64,000 nt of DNA from Gammaproteobacteria bacterium (GTDB lineage Bacteria > Pseudomonadota > Gammaproteobacteria > G965277405), in the NCBI GenBank assembly GCA_965277405.1, contig OZ255726.1, forward strand, positions 608,001 to 672,000, in the 5' to 3' direction. Positions 22,282 to 32,889 of this stretch are shown one piece after another. Both the position numbers and the translations under genes were made by a program. The notes under the pieces were generated by a model. The model searched no databases, was not told the origin of the DNA, and saw only the letters and a list, made by a program, of their open reading frames with translations. Numbering within the stretch: the stretch's first letter is position 1; each line of letters opens with the position of its first letter.

Positions 22282-23316
22282 ATGCATAAATCATTTTTAA
22301 GCAGCATTACTGCCGTAGTCTTGGTCCTGTCAGCGTCTACTGCGCATGCCAAAGGCGAACTGTTAATCTACCACTGGTTTGACTACATCCCTCAAAAACT
22401 GGTCGACGAATTTTCACAGGAAAACGATATCAAGGTAATAATTGATACCTTCGACTCTAACGAGTCGATGCTTGCGGCGCTGAAAGCTGGAAAGCTAGGC
22501 AGTTATGATGTCGCCGTACCTGGTGACTACATGGTTAAAATCCTTGGTAATGAAGGCATGCTCGATACTTTTGATTCTGCGCGATTGAGCAATTTTGGCA
22601 ACATCCCGGCAAAATGGATCGACGTTGAATTCGACCAGGGTCGTAAGAGTTCGGTTCCCTATCAGTGGGGTTCTACCAGCTTCTCAGTAAACCGCGACAT
22701 GTACAAGGGCGATATAAACACGCTTGCCATTCTATTCGACCCACCAGCGGAACTTAAAGGGAAGATCAACGTATTGGACAGCCAAGGTGATGTGTTAACG
22801 ATGGCATCGATGTATCTTGGGATTCCCCAATGTACCGCTGACCGTGGTCAACTGAAAAAACTGAATGATCTCGTTCAGTCTGCTAAAGTTAATTGGGCGT
22901 CTTTTGGATCCGACACGGCAAAAGACGTTCTGGTCTCAGGGGACGCAGCGGTGGGAATGATTTACAACGGGTTTTCGGTGAAAGCGCGAGAAGAGAATCC
23001 GAACATCGAATACGCATATCCGCAAGAAGGCTATATCATCACAATGGAAAATATTGTTCTTTTGAAAGACGCTCCTAACCGCGAAAACGCGCTGATATTC
23101 ATGAACTTCATGCTTGAACCAGAACATGCGGCTGCCGTATCCAACTACGCAAAATATGCCTCTGCCGTGAGCGGCGCGGAAAACTTTTATGATGCTTCTC
23201 TTAAAAATCTCCCTGAAGCAACCCCGCCAGCTGATCAAATTGGACAGTTTGTACAGGTGTGCACCCAAGAAGTACAGGCCGTGTACGACACTATCTGGAC
23301 CAACTTGAAAAAATAG
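22282..23316 (+). CDS. potD: Periplasmic polyamine-type solute-binding protein (PotD/PotF family)
   Basis: Signal peptide ending AHA-K, W.DYI, FDSNE, PYQWG; RBS GGGGA. Confidence 0.85.
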   Translation: MHKSFLSSITAVVLVLSASTAHAKGELLIYHWFDYIPQKLVDEFSQENDIKVIIDTFDSNESMLAALKAGKLGSYDVAVPGDYMVKILGNEGMLDTFDSARLSNFGNIPAKWIDVEFDQGRKSSVPYQWGSTSFSVNRDMYKGDINTLAILFDPPAELKGKINVLDSQGDVLTMASMYLGIPQCTADRGQLKKLNDLVQSAKVNWASFGSDTAKDVLVSGDAAVGMIYNGFSVKAREENPNIEYAYPQEGYIITMENIVLLKDAPNRENALIFMNFMLEPEHAAAVSNYAKYASAVSGAENFYDASLKNLPEATPPADQIGQFVQVCTQEVQAVYDTIWTNLKK

Positions 23317-23364
23317 CAGGCGAAGAGTACAGGATAAATGACTGCTGCATACTCTGCGTCAATC

Positions 23365-23537
23365 TAGAAGATGAAAAAACGTTGTTCAACTCTATGCAAG
23401 AGCTTAACAAAGCTGCGCTAACGTCGTTGCAGCACTTGGATACCCACAAGACTGCACCAGTGTTAGCTGCGCACTGCGCTTAAGTTTTATCAGCGTTTTT
23501 TCTCCGTCTCGCCGATCATGGACTTAATCAGTGGCCC
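23365..23537 (+). mobile_element. Partial MITE copy (right half with degenerate TIR)
   Basis: GCTGCGCTAACGTCGTTGCAGCACTTGG...CAGCGTTTTTTCTCCGTCTCGCCGATCATGGACTTAATCAG matches the right half of the full copies. Confidence 0.8.
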
Positions 23538-23667
23538 GTAAAGCGATAATTGGGCAAATTGCGCGGCAGCATTGTATCGCGCAATGTAGCGTAATATCTG
23601 CCATTTACCGTGTAAATATGTGAAATAGCTAAGCCAACGTAGCTGACAATTCTTCTTTTATGGAGAG

Positions 23668-24003
23668 ATGTTTATGAATACGTTAAAAAACATAGTCCCG
23701 CTGTTAGTGTTGCTGGCTTGTGTGCTCGGCAGCTCCGCAGCTTTTGCCGAAGAACAACAACACAGGATAGGGGTCAATCTCAATAGCGCCGATGCCCAAA
23801 CGATTGCGGCGTCAATTAAAGGTGTTGGACAGCAGAAAGCGCAGGCCATCGTTGCATATCGCCAGCAATATGGCGAATTTACTGATTTCTCACAACTTGA
23901 AAATGTCAAAGGCATCGGCGCGAAGCTCGCACAGAAAATCAGTATGCAAGCCCACCTGATGCCAGTCTCTGCCAAACAACACGATACTAATGCGACTAAT
24001 TGA
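23668..24003 (+). CDS. comEA: ComEA-family helix-hairpin-helix DNA-binding protein
   Basis: Signal peptide, then VNLNSADA...KGVGQQKAQAIVAYRQQYGEF...VKGIG. Confidence 0.88.
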   Translation: MFMNTLKNIVPLLVLLACVLGSSAAFAEEQQHRIGVNLNSADAQTIAASIKGVGQQKAQAIVAYRQQYGEFTDFSQLENVKGIGAKLAQKISMQAHLMPVSAKQHDTNATN

Positions 24004-24442
24004 TGTGCAACTCAAAGCGTCACTCAAAGCTAGCATCAGCATAACAACACTGCTCATACTTGCGCAGACATTAGTAGTATTCCAACCTTGGCCAACCAGC
24101 GTAGTAATTGTGGCAAGTGGCTGCGTTTGGCTGTATTGCATCGAACTACTGCGCCTCCATGCTTGGCTATTAGATGCAGAATCAGTGGTGCGAGTAGAGC
24201 ATGACCCGACCGGACATAGCGTACAATGCAGCCTACGCAATGGTGGAGTGCAAACATACAGCAAGGTACGGTTTCAATCGCTTGGTTGGTGTGTGCTGAT
24301 ACATTGCAGCGATGGTCAAAACAACAATGCCCCGCAGCGAAAATACGCCGCAACACCAAAGAAGCGCACACTGACGGTGTTTACTGACCAATGTATTGAT
24401 CATTACCAATTGCGGATAATGGCACAATGGGGGAGCAGCTGA
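23990..24442 (+). CDS. Hypothetical membrane protein (two N-terminal TM segments, YgfX-like layout)
   Basis: 150-aa ORF overlapping the comEA end, hydrophobic N-terminal half. Confidence 0.5.
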   Translation: MRLIDVQLKASLKASISITTLLILAQTLVVFQPWPTSVVIVASGCVWLYCIELLRLHAWLLDAESVVRVEHDPTGHSVQCSLRNGGVQTYSKVRFQSLGWCVLIHCSDGQNNNAPQRKYAATPKKRTLTVFTDQCIDHYQLRIMAQWGSS

Positions 24443-24642
24443 TTCTGGGTCTGTTATGAATATGTGCAACATATTCTTATTGATTGGGTCTATTATCAGA
24501 GGATCTCAATCGCTAGGGCGACACCTGATGATTATGCAGCAAAGTGATTAGTGTTGTATAGTAACCAACCTAGCCATGATGTTGGTGAATACTTGCTCTA
24601 TCAAGAGGCTTCGATGCAAGCGATAACAGTACATCCGGTTAG

Positions 24643-24936
24643 GGAAGCTCTGATTAAGTCGCTGGATGGAGCGAGTTTGCCTGCAATTGAGATGATTGCA
24701 AGGCGCAAACCGCTAAGCGCATGCCGTAGCATATACGCCAAGGGATGCAACACAGCAAGTACCGCTGCAGCAAACCCAAAGTATATTCAACAGATGGACG
24801 GGAAAAAACGCTGCGCTAACGTCGTTGCAGCACTTGGCAGCACCCACAAGACCACCAGTATTATCTGCGCACTGCGCTTAAGTTTCATCAGCGTTTTTTC
24901 TCCGCCTCGCCCATGATGGAATTAATCAGAGCTTCC
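24643..24936 (+). mobile_element. MITE (294 bp) with IS5-family TIRs
   Basis: GGAAGCTCTGATTAA...TTAATCAGAGCTTCC; flanks TTAG/TTAT. Confidence 0.9.
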
Positions 24937-25090
24937 TTATATCTGTTTTGACGACATGGTATTCCCTCCTTGTCTTGCAGTGTGGGAGTCTTTTGTATAA
25001 ATTTATTGACTGTGGATATATTCAAGGCATCATTACCAATCATTAAAGGAACTTGGTTTTTTACTCTGGTTTTATTCTAAGGAGAAAACA

Positions 25091-26116
25091 ATGCAAAAAT
25101 CTATCCCACTGAGCGTATTAGGCGTTCTTGCCTTGAATATTTGTGCCATCGCTCCAGCAACAGCTGCAAACATATCCGCGTGTTTGATAACGAAAACAGA
25201 TACCAACCCTTATTTTGTGAAAATGAAAGAAGGCGCACAAAAAGGAGCGCAACAACATGGTATCGATTTGCAAACATTTGCTGGTAAAATTGATGGAGAT
25301 GTAGAAACGCAAATTGCCGCTGTTGAAAGTTGTATTGCATCTGATGTACAGGGGATTTTGATTACGCCAACGAATTCAGCGGCGCTTATTCCAATCGTTA
25401 CCCAAGCCCGCGCCGCTGGGATTCTGGTGATTGCACTCGACACTAAGTTTGACCCTCCCAGCACTGTAGATTCGACATTCACAACCGATAACTTTCAAGC
25501 TGGCATGTTAATTGGACAATGGGCAAAAGCCAAAATGGGGGCTGCTGCCGCCAATGCTAAAATTGCGCTGCTTAACCTCAGCGTTAGCCAAGTACCTGTG
25601 GACTACAACCGCAATAATGGTTTTTTGCAAGGGTTTGGTATCGATATAAAAAATCCTAAAAAAATAGGAGATGAAGTCGACCCACGCATTGTTGGCAATG
25701 ATGTTACTAGAGGGAACGAAGAAGGGGGCCGTAAAGCAATGGAAAATCTGTTGCAAAAAGATCCTGAAATCAATCTTGTCTACACAATCAATGAACCTGC
25801 TGCTGCTGGAGCATATGAAGCGTTAAAAGCTATAGGTCGCGCGGACGATGTACTGTTGGTCTCAATAGACGGTGGCTGCCCTGGGGTGGACAATGTTCAA
25901 GATGGCATTATTGGTGCAACGTCAATGCAGTTTCCGTTGCTTATGGCAACAATGGGCATTGCAGCGATAAAAAATTGGGCAGAGGATGGTACCAAGCCAA
26001 AAAACACTGCTGGTCTCGACTTCTTTGATACAGGGGTTGAGTTGATTACCAACGAACCTGTGCCAGGCATTCCAAGTATCAATGCCAAACAAGGCTTGGC
26101 CAAATGCTGGGGATAA
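25091..26116 (+). CDS. frcB: Fructose-type sugar ABC transporter substrate-binding protein
   Basis: Signal peptide, [39 protein letters not shown]-terminal CWG as in FrcB; RBS AAGGAG. Confidence 0.85.
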   Translation: MQKSIPLSVLGVLALNICAIAPATAANISACLITKTDTNPYFVKMKEGAQKGAQQHGIDLQTFAGKIDGDVETQIAAVESCIASDVQGILITPTNSAALIPIVTQARAAGILVIALDTKFDPPSTVDSTFTTDNFQAGMLIGQWAKAKMGAAAANAKIALLNLSVSQVPVDYNRNNGFLQGFGIDIKNPKKIGDEVDPRIVGNDVTRGNEEGGRKAMENLLQKDPEINLVYTINEPAAAGAYEALKAIGRADDVLLVSIDGGCPGVDNVQDGIIGATSMQFPLLMATMGIAAIKNWAEDGTKPKNTAGLDFFDTGVELITNEPVPGIPSINAKQGLAKCWG

Positions 26117-26177
26117 ATGCTACTAGCCCATTGCACGGGTTTTGTGAAATATAGATCAGCCAATTCATAGTATGACG

Positions 26178-26206
26178 GCAATACCATACAATGCGGATGG
26201 TATTGC
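26178..26206 (+). terminator. Stem-loop downstream of frcB
   Basis: GCAATACCAT-9 nt-ATGGTATTGC; no clear U-tract. Confidence 0.4.
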
Positions 26207-26395
26207 TCATTATGGGTGCCAGTTACGCTCCGCTGTAAGTCAACGACTGCTGCAGCACTACGCAAACTTACCACTGCTGTTCTTTCCTCACTTCGCTATA
26301 TGATTGAATGGTCGTTCACCGATATTCTGGATTAGATCGCGCGCCTTAGCCATACTCAGCAATTCAATACACGTTTACTTTTTTCCGAGGCTGCC

Positions 26396-27451
26396 ATGGC
26401 TAAACAAAAATTACAGAGGGTGCTCGACCAAAGCAATACCTCAGCCGCAAGTTTTGTGGCTAATATAAAAAGTTTGCTTTATAAGTTGCAGCTCAAGCTT
26501 CATGCCAATCCAACTATTGTGCCTTTGGTGGTTTTGATTGTTTCAATTATTGTGTTTACAATCATCTCAAATGGCAAATTTCTGTCGCTGTACAATGCCA
26601 ATGTGATTTTACAACGCGTTTCGATTATCGGCATGTTGGCGATGGCGCAAACCCTGATCATATTGACCGCAGGCATCGATCTTTCGATTGGCGCAATTAT
26701 GATTTTTTCAACTATGTTGATGGGTCACTTTGCTGTCCATATGGGTGTCCCAGCCCCAATTGCAATAATTTTGGCGATCGTGGTTGCTGGCGCCATAGGC
26801 TTGCTCAACGGAGTATTAATCGCAAAAATTAAACTGCCTCCATTTATTGCGACACTTGGCACGTGGCGCATTTTTTATGCAGTTACTTTTATAATTTTTG
26901 GTTCACAGTCTATTCGCGGCTCAGATATTGACGTTGCGGCACCCCTGCTTAAATATTGGGGCAACACCTTGTTGCTAGGACCGATGACAATCAGTTTTGG
27001 ATCTATTGTATTCATCATATTCGCGGTTAGTGGTTGGTATGTGTTACGCCATACAGCTTGGGGTCGTCATGTATATGCAGTTGGCGACGATGAAGAGTCT
27101 GCAAAGCTTTCAGGAATTCGCACAGGAAGAACTCTTATTTCTGTATACGTCGTCGCTGGGGCACTAGCTGGATTTACTGGATGGATGGTCATCGGCCGTT
27201 TAGGCTCTGCATCACCAATTACCTATGTTGAGGCTAATTTACAATCAATCACCGCAGTTGTGATAGGTGGCATTTCTCTTTTTGGCGGGCGCGGGTCAAT
27301 TCTTGGGGTTATTTTTGGCGCGTTTATCGTGCAAGTTTTTGATTCTGGCTTAAATTTCACTGCACTTGACACCCAAGTAAAATATCTTGCCTTAGGGCTG
27401 TTAATCATTATCGCCGTAGCAATTGATCAATGGATCAGAAAGGTATCATAA
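26396..27451 (+). CDS. frcC: Sugar ABC transporter permease
   Basis: ILTAGIDLSIG, WGRHVYAVGDD, ITAVVIGGISLFGGRG. Confidence 0.85.
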   Translation: MAKQKLQRVLDQSNTSAASFVANIKSLLYKLQLKLHANPTIVPLVVLIVSIIVFTIISNGKFLSLYNANVILQRVSIIGMLAMAQTLIILTAGIDLSIGAIMIFSTMLMGHFAVHMGVPAPIAIILAIVVAGAIGLLNGVLIAKIKLPPFIATLGTWRIFYAVTFIIFGSQSIRGSDIDVAAPLLKYWGNTLLLGPMTISFGSIVFIIFAVSGWYVLRHTAWGRHVYAVGDDEESAKLSGIRTGRTLISVYVVAGALAGFTGWMVIGRLGSASPITYVEANLQSITAVVIGGISLFGGRGSILGVIFGAFIVQVFDSGLNFTALDTQVKYLALGLLIIIAVAIDQWIRKVS

Positions 27452-28233
27452 TGGTAGAACCAATTTTAAAAGCACGCGGACTTGTTAAGCGCTATGGCAA
27501 AGTAACCGCACTTGACCATGCCGATTTCGACCTCTACCCAGGTGAAATCCTTGCGGTAATTGGTGATAATGGTGCAGGTAAGTCATCCTTAATCAAAGCA
27601 CTCTCGGGCGCCGTGCAAGTAGATACTGGCAAGATGTGGCTTGAAGGAAAAACTTTCAGTTTTCGCTCGCCGATGTATGCACGCAAAGCAGGTATTGAAA
27701 CCGTGTATCAAAACCTCGCACTAAGCCCAGCGCTTTCTATAGCTGATAATATGTTTATGGGTCGCGAAATCCAAAAGGCTGGGTTGTTAGGAAAGGTATT
27801 GCGGATGCTTGACCATGCCCAGATGCAGCAAATTGCTCGAGATAAACTCAATGAGCTTGGACTGATGACTATTCAGAATATTAACCAAGCAGTTGAAACT
27901 CTTTCTGGAGGCCAGCGTCAAGGAATTGCAGTGGCGCGCGCCGCTGCTTTTGGTTCAAAAGTTATCATCATGGACGAACCGACCGCAGCACTTGGCGTTA
28001 AAGAAAGCCAGCGGGTGTTGGATTTAATTTTAGATGTGCGCTCACGCGGGCTAACAATTGTATTGATTTCACACAACATGCCGCATGTGTTTGAAGTTGC
28101 TGACCGTATTCATGTACACCGCCTTGGAAAACGCCTGTGTGTAATTGATGCAAAACAATGTTCAATGTCAGATGCGGTTGCATTAATGACTGGAGCGATG
28201 CCGCCTGCGCAAACATCACGCGATGAATCCTGA
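27451..28233 (+). CDS. frcA: Sugar ABC transporter single-domain ATPase
   Basis: GDNGAGKS, LSGGQRQ, MDEPTAALG; TAATG overlap with frcC. Confidence 0.88.
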   Translation: MVEPILKARGLVKRYGKVTALDHADFDLYPGEILAVIGDNGAGKSSLIKALSGAVQVDTGKMWLEGKTFSFRSPMYARKAGIETVYQNLALSPALSIADNMFMGREIQKAGLLGKVLRMLDHAQMQQIARDKLNELGLMTIQNINQAVETLSGGQRQGIAVARAAAFGSKVIIMDEPTAALGVKESQRVLDLILDVRSRGLTIVLISHNMPHVFEVADRIHVHRLGKRLCVIDAKQCSMSDAVALMTGAMPPAQTSRDES

Positions 28234-28846
28234 TAACCTTGCGCCCGTTATCGCAGCAATCGATGCTGCATGCAAAACCAATCATCGGCTACTCGTTGCA
28301 GTGGTTGGGCCGCCTGCTTCAGGAAAATCGACATGCAGCGCAGCACTGCAAGCACGTTATGGAAAACGCGCCGCTATTGTGCCAATGGATGGATTTCATT
28401 TTGATAATACCACGCTCATTGAACGCAATATATTCGAAAAAAAAGGCGCTCCAGAGACCTTTGATGTTGTGAGTTTTTTGCAACTTGTTAGTCAAATTGC
28501 TGATGGGTTGCAACCCAAGTATCCAATATTTGACCGAGAAAATGATTGTGTAATAACAGATGCGGCAACAATTGCGGCTGACGCAGCAATACTTATTTTT
28601 GAAGGTAACTACTTATTGCTCAACGCAGCAATTTGGCATGAATTATCTGCATTTTGGGGTCTGTCAATTTGGATTGATGCGCCAGTTGACTTGCTCGAAC
28701 GGCGACTTATTCAGCGCTGGATAAATTATGGGTTATCGCTGGAAGATGCCACAGCGCGCGCACACACCAATGACTTGGTCAATGTAACAACAACGCTGGA
28801 TAAATCAATTTTGCAACCTGCAACCATTATCCTCAAGGTTGAATAG
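28223..28846 (+). CDS. frcK: P-loop kinase (FrcK/uridine-pantothenate kinase-like)
   Basis: GPPASGKST, PMDGFH, KGAPETFD, EGNYLLL; position after frcA as in frcBCAK. Confidence 0.75.
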   Translation: MNPDNLAPVIAAIDAACKTNHRLLVAVVGPPASGKSTCSAALQARYGKRAAIVPMDGFHFDNTTLIERNIFEKKGAPETFDVVSFLQLVSQIADGLQPKYPIFDRENDCVITDAATIAADAAILIFEGNYLLLNAAIWHELSAFWGLSIWIDAPVDLLERRLIQRWINYGLSLEDATARAHTNDLVNVTTTLDKSILQPATIILKVE

Positions 28847-28901
28847 TTGAATAGTTGAATAGTTGAATAGTTGAATAGTTGAATAGTTGAATAGTTGAAT
28901 A
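28838..28901. repeat. Perfect octamer tandem repeat (GTTGAATA)x8
   Basis: Read directly; overlaps the frcK stop codon. Confidence 0.95.
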
Positions 28902-28970
28902 TATTCCCGTGCTTGAGGCATATTAGCAATCTGCAAATTATCGCTACTCTATCAATGTTATTCTCCCCAA

Positions 28971-29256
28971 GGAACCTCTGATTAAGTCGCTGATGTAGCG
29001 AGTTTGATGGCAATTGCTGATGATTGCAAGGCGCATTCCGCAGGTGCATGCCCAGCTATACGCCAAGGGATGCAACACAGCAAGCGTAAGCAATTGCCGC
29101 AAACCCAAAGTATATTCAACAGATGGACGGGAAAAAACGCTGCGCTAACGTCGTTGCAGCACTTGATAATACCACCAGTATTATCTGCCCACTGCGTCTA
29201 GTTATCATCAGCGTTTTTTCTCCGTCTCGCCCATCATGGACTTAATCAGAGCTTCC
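28971..29256 (+). mobile_element. MITE (286 bp) with IS5-family TIRs and CCAA target duplication
   Basis: CCAA-GGAACCTCTGATTAAG...CTTAATCAGAGCTTCC-CCAA. Confidence 0.92.
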
Positions 29257-29865
29257 CCAAGTGTCATGGATAAATTGCTTGCGACCTGAGTGGTAGCTAT
29301 AAAACTTATAGCGTAATGGATTTTTTAGATAATAATCTTGATGGTATTTTTCGGCTGTATAAAATGGTCTAATGCCAAGAATCTTGGTCACTATAGCGTC
29401 GTCAAACTTGCCGCTCCTTGCAAGTTGTTGCTTTGATGCTGCGGCAATGCTCCGTTGTTGCGTTGTTGGAAAAATAGCTGTGGCGTATTGGCTCCCCCTA
29501 TCAACAAATTGTCCCCCTACTTGCGTTGGGTCAATATTTCGCCAAAAAATGTCGAGTATTTGTGCATAACTAATGATAGCTGGATTGTATATTACTGCTA
29601 CTGCTTCCACGTGGCCTGTATTACCACTCGAGGTTGATTGGTATGTTGGGTCTAATGTGGTCCCGCCTGTATAGCCAACAATCGTATCTACTACGCCATC
29701 AATACTATCAAATGGCGGTTGCATACACCAAAAACAGCCACCAGCTAACACCGCAACTTGCAGATTATTTTTTAAATAGTTTGAAAAATCAAGTGGTGCT
29801 GCAACTGCAAACGCTGCATACAACATCAATCCAGATGCAGCAGTTTGGACAATATATTTTCTCAT
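29242..29865 (-). CDS. msrA: Peptide-methionine (S)-sulfoxide reductase with signal peptide
   Basis: AGGCFWC, GYTGG, TGHVEAV, GQFVDRGSQY, AEKYHQDYY; N-terminal signal ending AVA-A. Confidence 0.93.
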   Translation of the reverse strand: MRKYIVQTAASGLMLYAAFAVAAPLDFSNYLKNNLQVAVLAGGCFWCMQPPFDSIDGVVDTIVGYTGGTTLDPTYQSTSSGNTGHVEAVAVIYNPAIISYAQILDIFWRNIDPTQVGGQFVDRGSQYATAIFPTTQQRSIAAASKQQLARSGKFDDAIVTKILGIRPFYTAEKYHQDYYLKNPLRYKFYSYHSGRKQFIHDTWGSSD

Positions 29866-30014
29866 TGATGCTCACAATATAGCCTATAATGACGGTGCGA
29901 CAATATGCAGATCTGCAAATTACCCTAGTTCATCCACCACGGATGTATATAGGCTGTTGCCCCTCAATCAATACTGGAATTCCTGTATTGCCCTGCGACG
30001 AACATTGACGATGT

Positions 30015-32714
30015 ATGACAGATGCTGCACTGATTAGCAAAGTTTGCGCTTTGAGCAACTACGTGCACACGCAGTACAAAGCTCACCCAATTGATACTGC
30101 AGCCTCGATCAACAGCGCCGCACACACAGCCATTACAGCAAAATATTTAGCGCAACAGTTTCCGCAATATAGCCAACAGTACCATTCTTTGGCGACAGCT
30201 GTAGCAAACATCAAGCCTGCCCTGCGCAGATTTCGCCATACAATTATGGTGCAAATCATCACCCGCCTATATTTACAGACCACACCGTTTACCCAACATC
30301 TTGCTGAGATCACGGCATTAGCGGATTGCTGCCTACAACAGACGCTTACGTTATTACAACAAGCGTATAATCGGCAAGTAGGCATCTCATGCGCTACTGC
30401 AGGTGATCAGCAGCAGCTATTGGTGATTGGTATGGGAAAACTTGGTGCGCAACAACTCAACATTTCGTCTGATATTGATTTGATTTTCTGCCATCCAGCA
30501 AGTGGCGCAACACGCCCAGGACTCGATAGCCACACGTATTGTATCCGTCTCGGTCAAGCATTGATTCAATGCCTTGATGACCATACAGCTGAAGGCATTG
30601 TATTTCGGGTTGATATGCGGTTGCGTCCATATGGGCAAAGCGGCGCTTTAGTGGTGAGTTTTGCCCAGCTTCAACGCTATTATCAAGAGCAAGCGCGACC
30701 GTGGGAGCGGCTGGCAATGACCCGTGCCCGTGTTATAACAGGTAGTCGTACCCATACTGTTGCGCTTGAATCAATCATTCAAAAATTTGTATATCGAAAA
30801 TATATTGATTACAGCGTTATCGCCAGCTTGCGTGCTATCAAGCAGTCCATCCGCCAGCAAAATAATGAACAAGATAACAATATTAAGCTTGGCACTGGCG
30901 GTATTCGTGAAGTTGAATTTTTGGTGCAGACTTATCAATTGATGTACGGTGGTCAACACATCAAATTACAAAAAACCAGCACAACACAGTTGCTGGATGA
31001 CTTGCAGTCGTTAGGGTTGATTGACAGCAAACTTACCACTGCGCTCAAGCATGACTATTTATATCTGCGGCAAATTGAACACGTGCTGCAAGCACAAAAC
31101 GACGCACAAACGCATCAAATTCCCTTGGTTACGGACACCGAGCAATGGCGACTTATTGCAGCTACTATCGGCTGTGCTGCAGCGGATGTGCAGCAACACA
31201 TTGCGCATGTGCGCAAGCAAATATCACAGGCGTTTGATAATTTGGTGCTTGGTGAAGATGCGCATTCACAACGCAAATTACCTGCACTACCACCTGTGTT
31301 ACACAGTACTTGGCGGCACGGTCTAACTGCTGAATTGTTGCAGTTACATACAGGTTGGAAAAACAACCGTTTGCTCCACCAATGCACGTTATATGGGCTC
31401 AATTTTATTAACAAAATCGTTCCTGCAGCACATATAGCCGTCGCCCAGACGCGGTTATTTAATTTGTTGCATGCAATTAGGAATCGCAGCGTATATGCCT
31501 CGATGTTGATTGAAAATCAGCATATGTATGAGCTGTATTGCAAGTTGATTGCATCCAGTAATTGGTTGAGTCAAATTACCATTCGCGCCCCAAGTATTCT
31601 GGATGTTCTCATTCGTCAAACTGCATTGTATACAACGCTATCCAGCAGCGAGCTAACAGCGCGGCTACGGGAAATGACAACTTCATTTCCTGACGGTGAT
31701 GACGAGCAAGCGATGGAGTTAATGCGTTTATTCGTGTTGCGCTATCAATTGCAGTTTGGTGTTGCACAAATTCTCGGTACACTACCATTGATAAAAATTA
31801 GTGATGCCTTAACAGCATTGGCTGAATCAACAATTGACTTAGCCTTGCAACTTGCGTGGCAGTACACCATACGAAAATATGGCAACCTGCCAAATTGTAG
31901 CGATCAAGTTGCGGCTAATTTTGCCGTGATTGCCTATGGTAAATTAGCAGGGAAAGAATTGAGTTTCACCTCCGACCTTGACATAGTATTCGTCTACGAT
32001 GTCAACTCAAACGCCATGACAGACGGCAAGCGCCCGCTTGCTGCAGATCAATTTTACACCCGTCTTGCTCAACGTTTGTTGCACCTTGTGTCAACCCCAT
32101 GCCTGCATGGTAGCGCCTATGATGTGGACACTCGACTGCGCCCACAAGGGAGCAAAGGCATGTTAGTGTACGCTCTTTCTCACCTAGAACGATATTTCAA
32201 TGAACAAGCGTGGACATGGGAAATTCAAGCACTGATTCGTGCGCGACCTATTTGTGGTGATCCTGCTATCATGCAAGACTTTGCAGATATTCGCAGTCGC
32301 GTGCTGCAACAACACCGCGAACAATCACAGCTACGTCAAGATATCGGCTGGATGCGCGGGCGTATCCGCGCGGCCAAAGGCAACACATCCGCTAAATTGC
32401 TGGCAGGAGGGATAGTTGATATTGAGTTTTTGAGCCAATATTTGCTGTTATTGCACAGCCATATATTACCAACAATTACCCAAGCTGATAACACAATTGA
32501 TGTCTGTAAAGCGCTATATAGGCACGGGGTGATTGATGCCGACACCCTGACGTTGCTGGTCGATTCGTATTGCGAGCAACGCGATGCAATTCATCTACAA
32601 ACGTTATTAGATACACCACCTGATGTGCGTACTCACCCACAGATTATTGCGCAATGGAATAAACATATTGGTAACATTGAGCAGTTTACTCGCCCAGCAA
32701 AATCACAAAAATAA
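30015..32714 (+). CDS. glnE: Bifunctional glutamine synthetase adenylyltransferase/deadenylase
   Basis: Two nucleotidyltransferase domains: GMGKLG..LNISSDIDL...RVDMRLRP and YGKLAGKEL..SDLD...DTRLRP; GGIREVEF. Confidence 0.95.
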   Translation: MTDAALISKVCALSNYVHTQYKAHPIDTAASINSAAHTAITAKYLAQQFPQYSQQYHSLATAVANIKPALRRFRHTIMVQIITRLYLQTTPFTQHLAEITALADCCLQQTLTLLQQAYNRQVGISCATAGDQQQLLVIGMGKLGAQQLNISSDIDLIFCHPASGATRPGLDSHTYCIRLGQALIQCLDDHTAEGIVFRVDMRLRPYGQSGALVVSFAQLQRYYQEQARPWERLAMTRARVITGSRTHTVALESIIQKFVYRKYIDYSVIASLRAIKQSIRQQNNEQDNNIKLGTGGIREVEFLVQTYQLMYGGQHIKLQKTSTTQLLDDLQSLGLIDSKLTTALKHDYLYLRQIEHVLQAQNDAQTHQIPLVTDTEQWRLIAATIGCAAADVQQHIAHVRKQISQAFDNLVLGEDAHSQRKLPALPPVLHSTWRHGLTAELLQLHTGWKNNRLLHQCTLYGLNFINKIVPAAHIAVAQTRLFNLLHAIRNRSVYASMLIENQHMYELYCKLIASSNWLSQITIRAPSILDVLIRQTALYTTLSSSELTARLREMTTSFPDGDDEQAMELMRLFVLRYQLQFGVAQILGTLPLIKISDALTALAESTIDLALQLAWQYTIRKYGNLPNCSDQVAANFAVIAYGKLAGKELSFTSDLDIVFVYDVNSNAMTDGKRPLAADQFYTRLAQRLLHLVSTPCLHGSAYDVDTRLRPQGSKGMLVYALSHLERYFNEQAWTWEIQALIRARPICGDPAIMQDFADIRSRVLQQHREQSQLRQDIGWMRGRIRAAKGNTSAKLLAGGIVDIEFLSQYLLLLHSHILPTITQADNTIDVCKALYRHGVIDADTLTLLVDSYCEQRDAIHLQTLLDTPPDVRTHPQIIAQWNKHIGNIEQFTRPAKSQK

Positions 32715-32889
32715 TTTAACAAACACTGCTATGATACTGCAGCAATTCAAGCGCTAGTACTAGCCATTATTTTTTTATGGTCAATGAGCGACGGCTACGG
32801 TCATCCCCCCATTCTTAACAGCACACAGCAGCACAAGTTTGTAGGTAAGCCACATTTCACTTAAGCCACCTCCGTAGCATTTACATTAG

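Noticed and set aside
24551-24916. 121-aa ORF (and 29004-29201, 32933-33118, 35760-36029)
   Set aside because: Read-through of MITE sequence; not called as genes.
26210-26370. Possible second degenerate palindromic repeat or ncRNA between frcB and frcC
   Set aside because: Only short motif similarity (CGCGCCTT) and a single copy in the window; not enough support.
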